A program made the position numbers and the translations under genes. 64,000 bases of DNA from Desulfomonilia bacterium. Its GTDB lineage: Bacteria > Desulfobacterota > Desulfomonilia > UBA1062. Positions 62,373 through 64,000 of the stretch are shown here, one piece after another (position 1 is the stretch's first letter; each line of letters begins with the position of its first letter). The stretch covers positions 128,001-192,000 of the forward strand of contig JBEKDT010000007.1 in assembly GCA_050014195.1 (NCBI GenBank), read 5' to 3'. Below the pieces are notes generated by a model. That model saw only the letters and a program-made list of their open reading frames with translations. It had not been told where the DNA came from and did no database searches.

Positions 62373-63155
62373 ATGAACAATAACCATATGCGGACAGCAG
62401 GCATCGACATAGGGTCCATCACTACCAAGGCTGCTGTCATTGATAATAATTCCATTCTCGGCACCAAGGTGATCTTTACCGGGTACAATGTGGAAGTGGC
62501 TGCAAGAAAGGTATTTGATGAATTACTTGCAGAGCTTTCCATTGAGGCATCCTCCATCAGCCACGTCATCTCCACAGGCTATGGCAGGAACAGTGTGCCT
62601 TTTGCTCAAAAGGCCATGACCGAGATCATTTGTCATGGTGCAGGTGCGCATTTCTTAAATGGCGACATCAGGACCGTCATCGATGTGGGCGGCCAGGACA
62701 GTAAGGCCCTTGTGATAGATGCCTCCGGCATGGTGAAGGATTTTGTGATGAACGACAAGTGTGCAGCCGGTACCGGTCGCTTTCTGGAGGTAATGGCAAG
62801 GGCATTGGAGGTGAACCTTGACGACTTTGGTGCACTGTCGCTGAAGTCGGCAAATCCATCCAGGATCAGCAGTATATGCACGGTATTTGCCGAGTCGGAG
62901 GTGATCTCGCTCATATCTCGCGGGGAATCCCGGGAGAGCATTATCTCAGGGATCCACGATTCCGTGGCCTCACGCATCTATGCAATGGCCCAGCGTGTTA
63001 AGGCCCAGTCTCCCATAATGATGACAGGTGGTGTGGCCAAGAATATCGGCGTGGTAAAGGCGCTTGAGAAAAAATTCGGATCATTGATAGAGGTCAACGA
63101 TCTTGCCCAGGTAAATGGGGCCATCGGGGCAGCGGTGTTGGCTGCCCGGATGTAA
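62373..63155 (+). CDS. ASKHA ATPase activator (HgdC/BcrA-D family)
   Basis: GIDIGSITTK, DVGGQDSK, NDKCAAGTG, CTVFAESE, TGGVAKN. Confidence 0.95.
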   Translation: MNNNHMRTAGIDIGSITTKAAVIDNNSILGTKVIFTGYNVEVAARKVFDELLAELSIEASSISHVISTGYGRNSVPFAQKAMTEIICHGAGAHFLNGDIRTVIDVGGQDSKALVIDASGMVKDFVMNDKCAAGTGRFLEVMARALEVNLDDFGALSLKSANPSRISSICTVFAESEVISLISRGESRESIISGIHDSVASRIYAMAQRVKAQSPIMMTGGVAKNIGVVKALEKKFGSLIEVNDLAQVNGAIGAAVLAARM

Positions 63156-63281
63156 TGTCTTTTTAAGGAGCAACTTCTACTGCAAGATTTCCAGTCACAC
63201 CGGGAGAAACCTGCATAACCCTCATATGCTCTCAAGCATCCCCTTTGATATTTCACGTTTGAAGGTGCTCAGACAATCAAG

Positions 63282-63317
63282 AAAAAAGGCGGTGAGAGTA
63301 TTTCTCACCGCCTTTTT
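63282..63317. terminator. Bidirectional rho-independent terminator
   Basis: AAAAAAGGCGGTGAGA-gtatt-TCTCACCGCCTTTTT between convergent genes. Confidence 0.9.
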
Positions 63318-63334
63318 ACAAAAGATTGATCGCA

Positions 63335-64000
63335 TTATTCAGGAGGATACATGGCTTCGATTTGAGATCCGTATTTCTGGTTGATCACCTTTCTCTTGAC
63401 CTTCATGGTGGGGGTCAACTCTCCGGTGTCCTGGGACCATTCGGACTCGAGCAGGGTAAATTTCCTGATCTGCTCCACCCGGGCATAGTCCTTCATATAC
63501 TCAGCGAGTTCATTCTCATAGAGCTTGAGGATCTCCGGCTTGGAGACCAGGTCTTTTTTGCTTGTGAAAGTGATGTTATTGTCCTTTGACCAGGATTCCA
63601 GTGAAGCGTACGAGGGTACGATCAATGCCGAGAGGTATTTCCTGTTGTCACCGATGACCGCCACCTGCTCGACATAGCGCGAGGTCATGAGGGCATTCTC
63701 GATATTCTGAGGGGAAATGTTCTTGCCGCCCGAGGTGACAATGAGGTCCTTGATGCGTCCCGTGATCTTGAGGTAGCCGTCTTTGTCGATCTCTCCAATG
63801 TCACCGGTACGGAAAAATCCGTCCGAGGTAAAGGCCTCTTTGGTGGCTGCCTCGTTCTTATAGTATCCTTTCATGACCTGAGGGCCCTTGATGAGGACCT
63901 CTCCGTCTTCACTGATCTTAACAATGGTATCCTTGACTGCCTGGCCGACGGTTCCGGGCTTGATAAGTTTTGGCTTATTTGCATTGGTTATTGGTGTTGT
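63335..64000 (-). CDS. Long-chain fatty acid-CoA ligase, C-terminal part (5' end outside window)
   Basis: FRTGDIG, GRIKDLIVTSGGKNI, ELTPTMKVKR; frame open to the window end. Confidence 0.92.
   Translation of the reverse strand, partial: TTPITNANKPKLIKPGTVGQAVKDTIVKISEDGEVLIKGPQVMKGYYKNEAATKEAFTSDGFFRTGDIGEIDKDGYLKITGRIKDLIVTSGGKNISPQNIENALMTSRYVEQVAVIGDNRKYLSALIVPSYASLESWSKDNNITFTSKKDLVSKPEILKLYENELAEYMKDYARVEQIRKFTLLESEWSQDTGELTPTMKVKRKVINQKYGSQIEAMYPPE

Overview
Bacterial window whose gene content suggests an anaerobic deltaproteobacterium (inference). Positions <1 to ~48970 look like one large accessory or integrative island. Its right end carries a tRNA 3'-end fragment resembling tRNA-Sec (48944-48970) flanked by arm-type repeats, a phage/plasmid-type replication initiator with internal iterons, RecD2 and a GIY-YIG nuclease. 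Its left end is a defence cluster: a nuclease-STAND NTPase ORF missing from the ORF track, a tyrosine recombinase, a TPR-HEPN protein, a CdnE/CapE-type CBASS and a divergent HTH + HExxH peptidase pair. An IS110 (IS1111-type) element sits inside the terminal inverted repeat of a small MITE, and its 3' non-coding region contains readable target- and donor-matching guides. The middle of the island is an envelope and redox module: two secreted MsrAB, TVP38/DedA, a flavin disulfide reductase, an ArsS-like radical SAM, Crp/Fnr with a perfect FNR-type box, Trx, FadL and an FAD/FeS/CCG oxidoreductase. This module hides three probable selenoprotein genes that the ORF track missed or split, each with an in-frame TGA followed by a SECIS-like GG-loop hairpin. 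From ~49977 the sequence looks like core chromosome: ABC-F, CoA transferase-GNAT, membrane PPase, LarA, IclR, a 2-hydroxyacyl-CoA dehydratase-type operon and an acyl-CoA ligase. All calls come from motif reading by eye; no searches were run.
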